A stretch of 64,000 nt of DNA from Paludibacteraceae bacterium (GTDB lineage: Bacteria; Bacteroidota; Bacteroidia; Bacteroidales; Paludibacteraceae): the NCBI GenBank assembly GCA_024400125.1, contig JAKSNG010000004.1:20510-84509 (forward strand), in the 5' to 3' direction. The notes beneath the pieces were generated by a model, which saw nothing but the letters and a program-made list of their open reading frames with translations, was not told the DNA's origin and searched no databases. Each line of letters opens with the position of its first letter. The first letter of the stretch is position 1. Both the position numbers and the translations under genes were made by a program. Positions 1-8,979 of this stretch are shown here, piece by piece.

Positions 1-1136
1 CTGTTCCTCAAGCAGCATTTGTCTTCTCTTTTGGTTCGTACGGCAAAGAACGTGGACTGCTGTATAGCAATTTCATGCTCTCCTTCCAGCAATTAGCTCG
101 ATTCAGTCGTACTTATTCTGCTGTCAGTACCCAACCTGTGCCGTCTTTGGCAGAAGTGATTGCGAACAAAACAGATAGTCTATCCGAAGATGCTGTACAA
201 GCAGCTGGACGTTGGGACAATCCCGAGATAGGTTGGCTCAGTTGTCAAGGCTATGACACGTATCTTATCGACCCGCTCCGTGATAATAAGTGGGTTTCTG
301 TAACTCGCGGAGGTCTTGTCAATAACGACATCATGGTGCAAGAGAGCGGCTATGCCAATGCGTATAGTTTCTCGTGGGGCGGTAACATCAATAACCAATT
401 CTATATCGGCGTCACACTCAATATCTTGTCTTATTATCACAATCAGACTACACGTTATCACGAAGTGCTTGGTCAAGACAGTGCGCTTTGGAATGACACG
501 TACGTCTCACAGTCTGCCATTGGCGTCAACGGTGTATTTGGATTACTCTACCGTCCTTTAGATTGGTTGCGTATAGGTGCTTCGTTTCAAACGCCAGGAG
601 CACTCTCTACTACGACTACGAACTATGGCACGCTCATGTCTAAACTTGACACGATTCATACTCCTGATCAAGAAATGCAAAACTCCGCACGTGAGTCGTA
701 CTATCGTTTTCCGCTTAGAGCGTCGGGTGGGGTAGCATTTCAGTTCCAGCGTTACGGACTAATCTCACTCCAATACGACTATGCACACTCCGCTTACATG
801 CAGGATGTACATACACTCAAAGTGGGTTTGGAAGGTGTTATCTGTCATAACTATTTCATCAATGCGGGCTATGCGTATGAGTCGATGGTTAAGACAGTGA
901 AGCCGCAAGAATTGTTGTACAATACTGTGCGAACAGATACACACTCGCAGTATATGCGAGATTCGCATTATGGCAGCATTGGTTTTGGGTTTAGAAATAA
1001 CCTCGTCATCGCTCAGGTGGCATATCAATTACGCGCATTACAAATGGATGTTTTTGCACATGAACTGTGTCAAACACCCTACGATATACGAGCACTCAAT
1101 CATCGGGTAACGTTTACTTTGGGATTCCATTGGTAA
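1..1136 (+). CDS. outer-membrane beta-barrel protein, 5' end cut by the window edge (FadL/OmpP1-like, family tentative)
   Basis: The frame of ORF 75..1136 stays open back to nt 3, so the gene starts upstream of the window. It has a Gly/aromatic-rich alternating strand pattern, and the C-terminus ...FTLGFHW ends in an aromatic residue as in OM barrels. Confidence 0.5.
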   Translation, partial: VPQAAFVFSFGSYGKERGLLYSNFMLSFQQLARFSRTYSAVSTQPVPSLAEVIANKTDSLSEDAVQAAGRWDNPEIGWLSCQGYDTYLIDPLRDNKWVSVTRGGLVNNDIMVQESGYANAYSFSWGGNINNQFYIGVTLNILSYYHNQTTRYHEVLGQDSALWNDTYVSQSAIGVNGVFGLLYRPLDWLRIGASFQTPGALSTTTTNYGTLMSKLDTIHTPDQEMQNSARESYYRFPLRASGGVAFQFQRYGLISLQYDYAHSAYMQDVHTLKVGLEGVICHNYFINAGYAYESMVKTVKPQELLYNTVRTDTHSQYMRDSHYGSIGFGFRNNLVIAQVAYQLRALQMDVFAHELCQTPYDIRALNHRVTFTLGFHW

Positions 1137-1353
1137 CAGTACTAAGCCACGATGAGACCGGAAAACTCAACAAATATATTTAACCGAAGTAAATGCTTTT
1201 TCAATGGCGTGCCGATACTCTGCGCCGTGACCACGAAAGTGTAGCGATGAGGTCGGATTACAAAGAATCAGTACACTTCAAATCCTGTTTTCAGGAGTTT
1301 TCTCGAGTAAAGTGGTTTAGTACTTTTTTAGAAATACTTAAAACAACATTATA

Positions 1354-2445
1354 ATGGCTAAGAAAATTATTTTAACAGGCGATCGTCCTACTGGCAGATT
1401 ACACATCGGACACTATGTAGGTTCATTGCGTCGCCGTGTCGAATTGCAGAACTCCGGCGAGTTTGATGACGTACTTATTATGATTGCGGATGCACAGGCA
1501 TTGACGGACAATGCAGACAACCCCGAGAAAATCCGTCAGAATGTTCTGCAAGTCGCTATCGACTACTTGTCCGCAGGACTTGACCCTAAGAAATGTCATA
1601 TTTTTGTGCAGTCTGCGGTGCCCGAACTGACCGAATTAGCGTTCTACTTCATGAACCTCGTTACCGTCAGCCGCGTACAACGCAACCCAACAGTCAAGAC
1701 AGAAATTAAGATGCGTAACTTTGAAGCCGATATTCCAACAGGTTTCTTCTGTTACCCCATCTCGCAAGCGGCTGACATCACGCTTTTCCACGGTTCTATT
1801 GTGCCCGCTGGCGAAGACCAAAAGCCTATGATTGAACTCACCAACGAGATTGTTCGTCGTTTCAACAATACCTATGGCGAAGTCCTCAACGAGTGTCAGA
1901 TTTTGCTGCCACAGCAAGCTGCTTGTTTGCGTCTTCCTGGCACAGATGGTAAGGCGAAGATGTCTAAGTCTTTAGGCAATTGCATCTATCTCTCTGACAC
2001 GGCTGCCGAACTCAAGAAACATGTCAATTCCATGTACACCGACCCGCAGCACTTGACCATTGATCAGCCAGGTCACTTAGAGGGAAACACGGTCTTCACT
2101 TACTTGGACGCTTTTGCTACAGATGACGATTTTGCACGTTTCTTGCCAGATTATAAGAATCTTGACGAACTCAAAGCACACTATACCCGTGGAGGATTAG
2201 GTGACGGCACATGCAAGAAGTTCTTGCTCAATGTACTCAACGATCGTTTGGAGCCTATTCGCACTCGCCGTGCCGAATTAGAGCAGAACTTAGACTATGT
2301 CTATCAAGTGCTGCGTGATGGAACGGAATATGCGCGTCATATTGGTCAACAAACCTTGGCAGAAGTGCGTCGTGCAATGCGTATCGACTACTTCGAAGAC
2401 CCCAACTTCATCAAAGAACAAAAAGCCCAAATAACCAATCGCTAA
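1354..2445 (+). CDS. trpS: tryptophan--tRNA ligase
   Basis: ATG start. Class I HIGH-type motif GRLHIGHY near the N-terminus and an exact KMSKS motif (GKAKMSKSLGN). At 363 aa it matches the bacteroidete TrpRS size. Confidence 0.95.
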   Translation: MAKKIILTGDRPTGRLHIGHYVGSLRRRVELQNSGEFDDVLIMIADAQALTDNADNPEKIRQNVLQVAIDYLSAGLDPKKCHIFVQSAVPELTELAFYFMNLVTVSRVQRNPTVKTEIKMRNFEADIPTGFFCYPISQAADITLFHGSIVPAGEDQKPMIELTNEIVRRFNNTYGEVLNECQILLPQQAACLRLPGTDGKAKMSKSLGNCIYLSDTAAELKKHVNSMYTDPQHLTIDQPGHLEGNTVFTYLDAFATDDDFARFLPDYKNLDELKAHYTRGGLGDGTCKKFLLNVLNDRLEPIRTRRAELEQNLDYVYQVLRDGTEYARHIGQQTLAEVRRAMRIDYFEDPNFIKEQKAQITNR

Positions 2446-2456
2446 CAAACCATAAT

Positions 2457-3794
2457 ATGCGTTACTTCTTAGGAATCATCGGAGGTGGTCCAGCAGGTTA
2501 CACTGCGGCAGAGAAAGCCTCTAAAGCAGGTCAATCAGTGGTGCTCTTTGAGCAGAACGCTCTCGGCGGCACTTGCCTCAATGTGGGTTGTATTCCCACC
2601 AAAACGCTCTTGTACAGTGCTAAACAGTACTACAACGCTACCCACGCAGACAAGTATGGTGTAGCTGCAGAGCAGGTCTCGTTTGACTACGTCAAGATGC
2701 AGCAGCGCAAAACGAAAGTAGTGCGCAAACTGGTTGCAGGTATCAAAGCCAAACTCAACAATGAATTTTGCACGGTTGTCAACGGCTTTGCCACTGTTAC
2801 TCCGTCTTCTTCCGAAGGTGTTTGGCAATGTCTGTGCAACGACGAGGCATACGAATGTGAGAACATCCTTATCTGCACTGGTTCCACTAATTTTGTGCCG
2901 CCTATTCCTGGTATTCAAGACAACCCATGCGTATGGGATTCGACGGCTGCTTTAGATGCCAAAGAACTGCCTGCGTCTGTCGCCATCGTGGGTGGCGGTG
3001 TGATTGGAATGGAGTTTGCCACTTTATATCACGAGTTAGGTATTTCCGTTACCGTGATTGAAGCCATGCCAACTATTTTGCCCAACTTGGACCAAGAGGT
3101 GGTGACTATCTTGCGCGACAAATATGAGAAAGCAGGCATCCGCATCCTCACGAATACCAAAGTCAGTCGTTTAGACAATGGGGTAGTGACTTGCGACACC
3201 GCAGAAGGCACACTCACTATTGAAGCAGACAAAGTGCTTGTTTCGGTTGGTCGTCGTGCTAATATCAAGGGGTTAGAAGCACTCACAGAACTCGAATATA
3301 ACCGTGGTGCGATTGTGGTAGATGACTTCATGAGAACGAACTTACCCAATGTCTATGCCGCAGGCGACGTCACTGGCAAGATCATGCTCGCACATGTCGC
3401 AGCTCGTCAAGCAGAGGTTGCTGTTTGCCGTATGCTCAAGCAGATTCCGTTGCAGCGCATCGCATACAATGCTATTCCTTCTGTGGTCTATACGAATCCC
3501 GAGATTGCGTCGGTTGGTATTACCGAGAACGAGATGGATTGTGAAGTACATCGTTTGCCAATGACCTTCAGCGGACGTTTTGTTGCAGAGAACGAAGGAG
3601 AAACAGGACTTTGCAAGATGTTGATTGACAAGAAGACTCATTCCGTCATGGGTGTTCACATGATTGGCAACCCATGTTCCGAGTTCATCGCAGCGGCGTC
3701 GTTTGCTGTGCGTATGGGCTACACAGTGGCAGAGTTCCAACAAGTAGTCTTCCCGCATCCAACAGTCAGCGAAATACTCAAAGAAGTCTTATGA
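2457..3794 (+). CDS. lpdA: dihydrolipoyl dehydrogenase (E3 flavoprotein disulfide reductase)
   Basis: FAD fold GGGPAGY, redox-active disulfide GGTCLNVGCIPTK, and the C-terminal interface motif HPTVSE. Confidence 0.9.
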   Translation: MRYFLGIIGGGPAGYTAAEKASKAGQSVVLFEQNALGGTCLNVGCIPTKTLLYSAKQYYNATHADKYGVAAEQVSFDYVKMQQRKTKVVRKLVAGIKAKLNNEFCTVVNGFATVTPSSSEGVWQCLCNDEAYECENILICTGSTNFVPPIPGIQDNPCVWDSTAALDAKELPASVAIVGGGVIGMEFATLYHELGISVTVIEAMPTILPNLDQEVVTILRDKYEKAGIRILTNTKVSRLDNGVVTCDTAEGTLTIEADKVLVSVGRRANIKGLEALTELEYNRGAIVVDDFMRTNLPNVYAAGDVTGKIMLAHVAARQAEVAVCRMLKQIPLQRIAYNAIPSVVYTNPEIASVGITENEMDCEVHRLPMTFSGRFVAENEGETGLCKMLIDKKTHSVMGVHMIGNPCSEFIAAASFAVRMGYTVAEFQQVVFPHPTVSEILKEVL

Positions 3795-4726
3795 AAGAAC
3801 AGATACGCGCATTAGCTAAAGCCAAGAATGCCGTTATTATGGCGCACTACTACTGCCGTCCGGAAGTGCAAGAGGTGGCAGATTTCATTGGCGACAGTCT
3901 CGCATTAGCGCAGCAGGCACAGAAAACCGATGCCGACATCATCGTTATGTGCGGCGTACATTTTATGGCAGAGACGGCAGCTATTCTTTGTCCAGACAAG
4001 AAAGTGCTTATCCCAGACGCTACGGCAGGTTGCTCTTTAGCTGACAGCTGCCGTGCGGCGGATTTGGCGGTGTGGAAAGCACAACACCCACAGCATAAAG
4101 TCATTTCCTATGTCAATACCTCTGCGGAAGTAAAAGCGTTGTCCGACATTGTTGTTACCAGCAGCAATGCACTCAAGATTGTCAACTCTTTCCCACAAGA
4201 CACGCCATTACTGTTTGGTCCAGACTGTCATTTGGGCGCATACATCAACGCCCAAACAGGTAGAACAATGGAGTTGTGGAATGGTGGCTGCCACGTACAC
4301 TCACGTTTCTCTGTAGATAGTTTGTTGTCTCTCAAGCGTGAACACCCCACAGCGGTCGTTTTAGCGCATCCTGAGTGTCCGCAGAATATCTTAGACCATA
4401 GTGATGTCATCGGTTCGACAGCGGCTTTGCTGCATTATGTGCAAAACCATCTTGAGCAGTCGGAGTTCATTGTTGTTACCGAGCCTGGAGTTATTTACAA
4501 GATGCAAGAAGCACATCCTTCTGCCGTTTTTTATCCTGTTCTCGCTAATGATTCCACACCATCATCCAAAGGATGTTTGTCGTGCAACACTTGCGAGTAC
4601 ATGCGTCAAAACACGTTGCAGAACGTATTAGCCTGCTTGCAGAATGAACAACCTGTCGTCACCGTGGACGCCTCTGTTGCTCAACGTGCCCTCCTCCCCA
4701 TCCATCGCATGCTCTCCCTCTCCTAA
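3791..4726 (+). CDS. nadA: quinolinate synthase
   Basis: The start was chosen at ATG 3791 (MKEQIRALAK...), which overlaps the lpdA stop as ATGA. The longer 3674 ORF lies inside lpdA. NadA-type motifs are present: MAHYY, GVHFMAETA, ATAGCSLAD. Confidence 0.9.
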   Translation: MKEQIRALAKAKNAVIMAHYYCRPEVQEVADFIGDSLALAQQAQKTDADIIVMCGVHFMAETAAILCPDKKVLIPDATAGCSLADSCRAADLAVWKAQHPQHKVISYVNTSAEVKALSDIVVTSSNALKIVNSFPQDTPLLFGPDCHLGAYINAQTGRTMELWNGGCHVHSRFSVDSLLSLKREHPTAVVLAHPECPQNILDHSDVIGSTAALLHYVQNHLEQSEFIVVTEPGVIYKMQEAHPSAVFYPVLANDSTPSSKGCLSCNTCEYMRQNTLQNVLACLQNEQPVVTVDASVAQRALLPIHRMLSLS

Positions 4727-4736
4727 AAACTCTTTC

Positions 4737-4763
4737 AACTTTTTTAACTTTTAGAACTTTTCC
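4737..4763. repeat. 3 x 9-bp tandem units (AACTTTTnn) filling the nadA-mnmA spacer
   Basis: AACTTTT starts at 4737, 4746 and 4755, an exact 9-bp period. The same unit family occurs at 63256..63300. Confidence 0.7.
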
Positions 4764-4764
4764 C

Positions 4765-5817
4765 ATGCCCATCCTCCTCGCAATGTCCGGTGGTATCGAC
4801 TCCACAGCTGCTGCCTTGCTCCTACAAGAGCAAGGCTACAACCTCATTGGTTGCACCTTCCGCACGCGCTACACGTCTGAGGATAGTTTGCGCAGCGCAC
4901 AAGACTTAGCGCAGTCGTTAGGCATAGCGCATCATATCATCGATTTGGACGAGGACTTTGAGCGAGATATAGTAGGGTATTTCCGCAGCGAATATATGGC
5001 AGGTCGCACACCTAATCCGTGTGTTGTCTGCAATCGTTGTATCAAGTTCGGACGATTATTAGACGAAGCACATCGTTTAGGGTGTGAACGCATTGCTACG
5101 GGACATTATGCGCGCATCGTCTCCAACGAACGTGGACTGTTTCTCGCTCGCGCTAAAGATGTGCATAAAGACCAAACTTATTTCTTGTGGCAACTCACCG
5201 AAGAGCAACTGCGGCAAGTCATTTTCCCGTTGGGTGATTTGACCAAGCAAGAGGTGCGTGATTACCTCGCCGCCAAGGGTTACACCGAATTAGCGCATAA
5301 AAGTGAAAGCCAAGACATCTGCTTCATCAAAGACGACTATCGTACGTTCCTCAACCTACCTATGCAGCCAGGCAATTACATCAATCAGTCGGGGCAAGTC
5401 GTTGGTCAACATACAGGTTACACCAACTACACCATTGGTCAGCGCAAGGGGTTAGGGATAGCATTGGGAAAACCAGCATTTGTAACAGCGATTGACGCAG
5501 TTCATAACGAAGTGAGAGTGGGGGATTACGAAGACCTTCTTCGCAACGAAGTCCAACTCAATCATTGCCTTTTTCGTGGTGATGTTTCACGTCCGGTCAT
5601 GGCACAAATCCGCTACCGTTCCAACCCCACCGCCGCCACACTTTCGACTTTTGACTTTGGACTTTCGACTTTTGACTTTTTTCTCTCCCCTACAGGGGGA
5701 GCTGGAGGGGGCTTAAAAGTCTCTTTTTCCTCTCCCGTCTGGGCAGTGACTCCTGGCCAATCCGTCGTCCTCTATCAAGACGACCTCCTCGTCGGCGGTG
5801 GTATTATCGAGTCTTAA
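4765..5817 (+). CDS. mnmA: tRNA 2-thiouridine(34) synthase
   Basis: PP-loop AMSGGIDSTAAA, plus DQTYFLW, SQDICFI, and C-terminal AVTPGQSVVLY...GGGIIE. Carries an in-frame repeat insertion, listed as a separate feature. Confidence 0.92.
   Translation: MPILLAMSGGIDSTAAALLLQEQGYNLIGCTFRTRYTSEDSLRSAQDLAQSLGIAHHIIDLDEDFERDIVGYFRSEYMAGRTPNPCVVCNRCIKFGRLLDEAHRLGCERIATGHYARIVSNERGLFLARAKDVHKDQTYFLWQLTEEQLRQVIFPLGDLTKQEVRDYLAAKGYTELAHKSESQDICFIKDDYRTFLNLPMQPGNYINQSGQVVGQHTGYTNYTIGQRKGLGIALGKPAFVTAIDAVHNEVRVGDYEDLLRNEVQLNHCLFRGDVSRPVMAQIRYRSNPTAATLSTFDFGLSTFDFFLSPTGGAGGGLKVSFSSPVWAVTPGQSVVLYQDDLLVGGGIIES
5639..5680. repeat. 6 x 7-bp tandem array (GACTTTY family) lying in frame inside mnmA
   Basis: The units read CACTTTC GACTTTT GACTTTG GACTTTC GACTTTT GACTTTT. 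They translate as the peptide duplication LSTFDFG LSTFDFF. Confidence 0.85.
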
Positions 5818-5850
5818 CTTGTTATTCCATTTGACTATTACTCTTTTACC

Positions 5851-5872
5851 ATCGCGACCACATCGCGACCAC
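5851..5872. repeat. exact 11-bp tandem duplication ATCGCGACCAC x2
   Basis: Read directly from the sequence: 5851-5861 equals 5862-5872. Confidence 0.9.
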
Positions 5873-5963
5873 TCTATACTATCTCTGTACTATTTTTTCC
5901 ACACTCAATTTTCCACCATCGACCCATCCTCTTCCCATTTATTTACAGGACTTCACAGGGTTT

Positions 5964-6007
5964 TTACCGGACGATTACCGATTGATTACCGAAACATTAC
6001 CGATATA
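5964..6007. repeat. 4 direct repeats TTACCGAnnnn at an exact 11-bp period
   Basis: TTACCG starts at 5964, 5975, 5986 and 5997. Confidence 0.9.
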
Positions 6008-6081
6008 TTCTGCATATTTTCCCTTAATCTTATCGTCGATCCTTCATCTCTCGATTCATCGAATCCTTGAAATTTTCTCTG

Positions 6082-6113
6082 CAAAGATACAAAATAAAAA
6101 TCGCAAAGTCAAG
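6082..6113 (-). promoter_or_regulatory. candidate minus-strand promoter pointing into the ORF-less 5818-6075 spacer
   Basis: The minus strand reads cTTG (6110-6113), a 20-nt spacer, then TATCTTTG (6082-6089) followed by CAG, as at other promoters in the window. The -33 element is only partial. Confidence 0.4.
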
Positions 6114-6172
6114 TTTTTCGCAAAAAAACATTCATTTTTCTTCAAAAAAAATCAACTATTTTTGCAAATTTA

Positions 6173-6204
6173 TTTGCACATTCCAAAAATTTGTTGTAAT
6201 TTTG
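6173..6204 (+). promoter_or_regulatory. Bacteroidota sigma-A type promoter of fabD
   Basis: TTTG 6173-6176, a 20-nt spacer, then TAATTTTG 6197-6204 (TAnnTTTG), located 23 nt before the fabD ATG. Confidence 0.7.
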
Positions 6205-6226
6205 CGCCGAAATTCGTTTTTTGCGT

Positions 6227-7096
6227 ATGAAAGCATTTGTATTCCCCGGACAAGGGGCTCAATTTGTAGGAATGGGTAGGGACTTATACGAAGCTTACCC
6301 AATGGCAAAAGAGATGTTCGAACAAGCTAACGACATCCTCGGATTCCGTATCACGGATATTATGTTTAACGGAGAATTAGAAGACCTCAAGCAGACTCGC
6401 GTTACACAACCTGCCGTCTTCCTGCACTCCGTCATTGCCAGCAAAGTAATGACTATCGCCACACCCAATATGGTCGCTGGACATAGCCTCGGTGAATATT
6501 CAGCACTCGTATCTTGCGGATGTATAGACTTTGAAGATGCACTCCGACTGGTCGCTAAACGTGCTAAAGCCATGCAACGCGCTTGCGAACTGCAAGAGTC
6601 AACAATGGCTGCCGTCTTAGGTCTCGACGATGCACGCGTTGATGAACTGTGCCAGCAGATTTCGGGCGACATCGTGGTGGCAGCTAACTTCAACTGCCCA
6701 GGACAAGTGGTGATATCAGGTTCAGTAAATGGTGTTGAACGCGCGTGCGAACTGCTCAAAGCCAATGGCGCTAAACGTGCCATACAACTGCAAGTAGGGG
6801 GCGCATTCCACTCTCCGCTCATGCAACCCGCTGCCGAAGAACTGCAGGAAGCAATCTTAGCTACTGAGTTCAAGCAACCACATTGCCCCATTTATCAAAA
6901 CGTGAACGCTTATCCCCAAACAGACCCAGAAGCCATCAGACAAAACTTACTGCTGCAACTGACAGCACCCGTTAGATGGACACAAACAATCCGCAACATG
7001 GTAGTCGATGGAGCTACCGAATTTTATGAGTACGGACCAGGTGACGTCCTCAAAGGACTAATCCGCAAAATCGCCCCCAACGTCCAAGTAGGATAG
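6227..7096 (+). CDS. fabD: malonyl-CoA:ACP transacylase
   Basis: The ATG at 6227 (MKAFVFPGQGAQ) is preferred over the TTG at 6221. The active-site motif GHSLGEYSAL is present. Confidence 0.93.
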   Translation: MKAFVFPGQGAQFVGMGRDLYEAYPMAKEMFEQANDILGFRITDIMFNGELEDLKQTRVTQPAVFLHSVIASKVMTIATPNMVAGHSLGEYSALVSCGCIDFEDALRLVAKRAKAMQRACELQESTMAAVLGLDDARVDELCQQISGDIVVAANFNCPGQVVISGSVNGVERACELLKANGAKRAIQLQVGGAFHSPLMQPAAEELQEAILATEFKQPHCPIYQNVNAYPQTDPEAIRQNLLLQLTAPVRWTQTIRNMVVDGATEFYEYGPGDVLKGLIRKIAPNVQVG

Positions 7097-7104
7097 GGGA
7101 GTGC

Positions 7105-7146
7105 GACTTTTGACTTTCGACTTTTGACTTTTGACTTTCGACTTTT
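7105..7146. repeat. 6 x 7-bp tandem array GACTTTY filling the fabD-aspS spacer
   Basis: The units read GACTTTT GACTTTC GACTTTT GACTTTT GACTTTC GACTTTT, read directly from the sequence. Confidence 0.9.
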
Positions 7147-7161
7147 AACTAACAACAATAT

Positions 7162-8934
7162 ATGTACAGAACAGTCACTTGCGGCGAGCTTCGTCTCGCT
7201 GACACAGGAAAAACGGTAACACTCGCCGGATGGGTTCAACGAATCCGTAAAATGGGTGGATTAGTGTTTATCGACCTACGTGACCGATATGGTATCACGC
7301 AACTCGCATTTAATCAGGGTACAGAAGCCTTCGAACAAGCCAACGGCTTAGGACGCGAATATGTCTTACAAGTAACCGGCGTAGTCATCGAACGACAATC
7401 AAAAAACCCACAACTGCCTACAGGAGAAATAGAAATCGACGTTCAGACACTCCGCGTACTGAATCCCGCTGTTACTCCTCCTTTCACAATAGAAGATGAG
7501 TCCGATGGCGGCGACGACCTACGCATGAAATACCGCTACCTCGACCTGCGTCGCTCATGCGTACGCAAAAACCTCGAACTGCGCCACAAAATGGCATTCG
7601 AAGTACGCCGATACCTCGACGAACAAGGATTCCTCGAAGTCGAAACACCTGTACTCGTCAACTCAACTCCAGAAGGCGCACGCGACTTTGTCGTACCCAG
7701 CCGTATGAACCCAGGACAGTTCTACGCATTGCCACAAAGTCCACAGATACTGAAACAACTGCTGATGGTCAGCGGTTTTGACCGTTACTTCCAGATAGTC
7801 AAGTGCTTCCGCGACGAAGACCTCCGCGCAGATAGACAACCCGAGTTCACACAGATAGACTGCGAAATGTCCTTCGTAGAACAAGAAGACATCCTCAATA
7901 TGTTCGAAGGTATGTCTCGTCACTTGTTCAAGTCTATTCTGAACATCGACCTCCCCAAATTACCTCGTATGACTTGGGCTGACGCCATGAAGTACTACGG
8001 CAGCGACAAACCTGATACACGATTCGATATGCGATTTGTTGAACTGCACGACATCTTCCATGCAGCAGAAGACAAAAAGCCTGAAAATGAGCGCTTTAGC
8101 GTGTTTGCTAACGCCAACTATATCGGCGGTATATGCGCTAAAGGTTGCGCAACTTATACCCGCAAACAACTCGACCAACTCACAGACTTTGTTCGCCGTC
8201 CACAAATAGGTGCAAAAGGTATGGTTTATGCACGTGTCGAAGAAGACGGCACCATCAAATCCAGTGTGGATAAGTTCTATACACAAGACGTTCTACAAGC
8301 CGTAGCACGCGAAATGAACGCAGGAGTGGGGGATTTGCTGCTCATTCTGAGCGGTGACGACGCCATGAAAACACGCAAACAACTGTCCGAACTACGCCTC
8401 GAAATGGGACGTCAATTAGGACTGCGTGACCCTAAGAAATTCTCCTGCCTCTGGATTATCGACTTCCCAATGTACGAATGGTCAGACGAGGAGAATCGTC
8501 TCATGGCTATGCACCATCCATTCACAAGCCCGAAACCAGAAGACATACCTCTGATGGATACAGACCCAGCCAGCGTACGCGCTAACGCATACGACATGGT
8601 TATCAACGGCGTTGAAGTTGGTGGCGGCTCAATTCGTATTCACGACGCTAAACTGCAAGAAAAGACATTCGAGATTCTTGGATTCACACCCGAACAAGCT
8701 CAAGCTAAATTCGGCTTCCTGATGAACGCCTTCAAATATGGTGCGCCACCTCACGGAGGACTTGCTTATGGACTTGACCGTTTCGTCAGTCTCTTTGCTG
8801 GACTCGATAGCATACGCGACTGTATCGCTTTCCCAAAGAACAACCAAGGACGTGACGTCATGTTGGGTGCACCTGGTCTCGTTGACCAAATACAATTAGA
8901 TGAATTACAATTAGACATCCGCAAAAAAGATTAA
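7162..8934 (+). CDS. aspS: aspartate--tRNA ligase
   Basis: Class II motifs [26 protein letters not shown] and GLDR, with an OB-fold N-terminus. Length is 590 aa. Confidence 0.95.
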   Translation: MYRTVTCGELRLADTGKTVTLAGWVQRIRKMGGLVFIDLRDRYGITQLAFNQGTEAFEQANGLGREYVLQVTGVVIERQSKNPQLPTGEIEIDVQTLRVLNPAVTPPFTIEDESDGGDDLRMKYRYLDLRRSCVRKNLELRHKMAFEVRRYLDEQGFLEVETPVLVNSTPEGARDFVVPSRMNPGQFYALPQSPQILKQLLMVSGFDRYFQIVKCFRDEDLRADRQPEFTQIDCEMSFVEQEDILNMFEGMSRHLFKSILNIDLPKLPRMTWADAMKYYGSDKPDTRFDMRFVELHDIFHAAEDKKPENERFSVFANANYIGGICAKGCATYTRKQLDQLTDFVRRPQIGAKGMVYARVEEDGTIKSSVDKFYTQDVLQAVAREMNAGVGDLLLILSGDDAMKTRKQLSELRLEMGRQLGLRDPKKFSCLWIIDFPMYEWSDEENRLMAMHHPFTSPKPEDIPLMDTDPASVRANAYDMVINGVEVGGGSIRIHDAKLQEKTFEILGFTPEQAQAKFGFLMNAFKYGAPPHGGLAYGLDRFVSLFAGLDSIRDCIAFPKNNQGRDVMLGAPGLVDQIQLDELQLDIRKKD

Positions 8935-8979
8935 GTGTAGTTTGGTTTAATTGGGATTATGTAAAATAGTGTTTAGAGA

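Noticed and set aside
1137-1353. A possible Trp-sensing leader or attenuator upstream of trpS, including a 30-codon ORF at 1153 and a small hairpin at 1283-1296.
   Set aside because: The small ORF has no Trp codons, the hairpin has only a 5-bp stem, and there is no recognisable T-box or Bacteroid-trp-like pattern.
3674-3790. The N-terminal 39 codons of the long nadA ORF (MFRVHRSG...).
   Set aside because: They lie entirely inside the 3' end of lpdA in another frame. The conserved NadA sequence begins at the ATG at 3791, which overlaps the lpdA stop as ATGA.
5798-6279. Three overlapping plus-strand ORFs (90, 82 and 70 aa) in the mnmA-fabD spacer.
   Set aside because: Their translations are low-complexity and driven by the tandem repeats and A/T runs. 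They overlap one another and the fabD promoter, and they show no protein-like features.
6295-6891. A 198-aa antisense ORF within fabD.
   Set aside because: It is fully contained in a confidently identified gene on the opposite strand. Its Ser/Ala/Cys-rich composition is typical of antisense frames.
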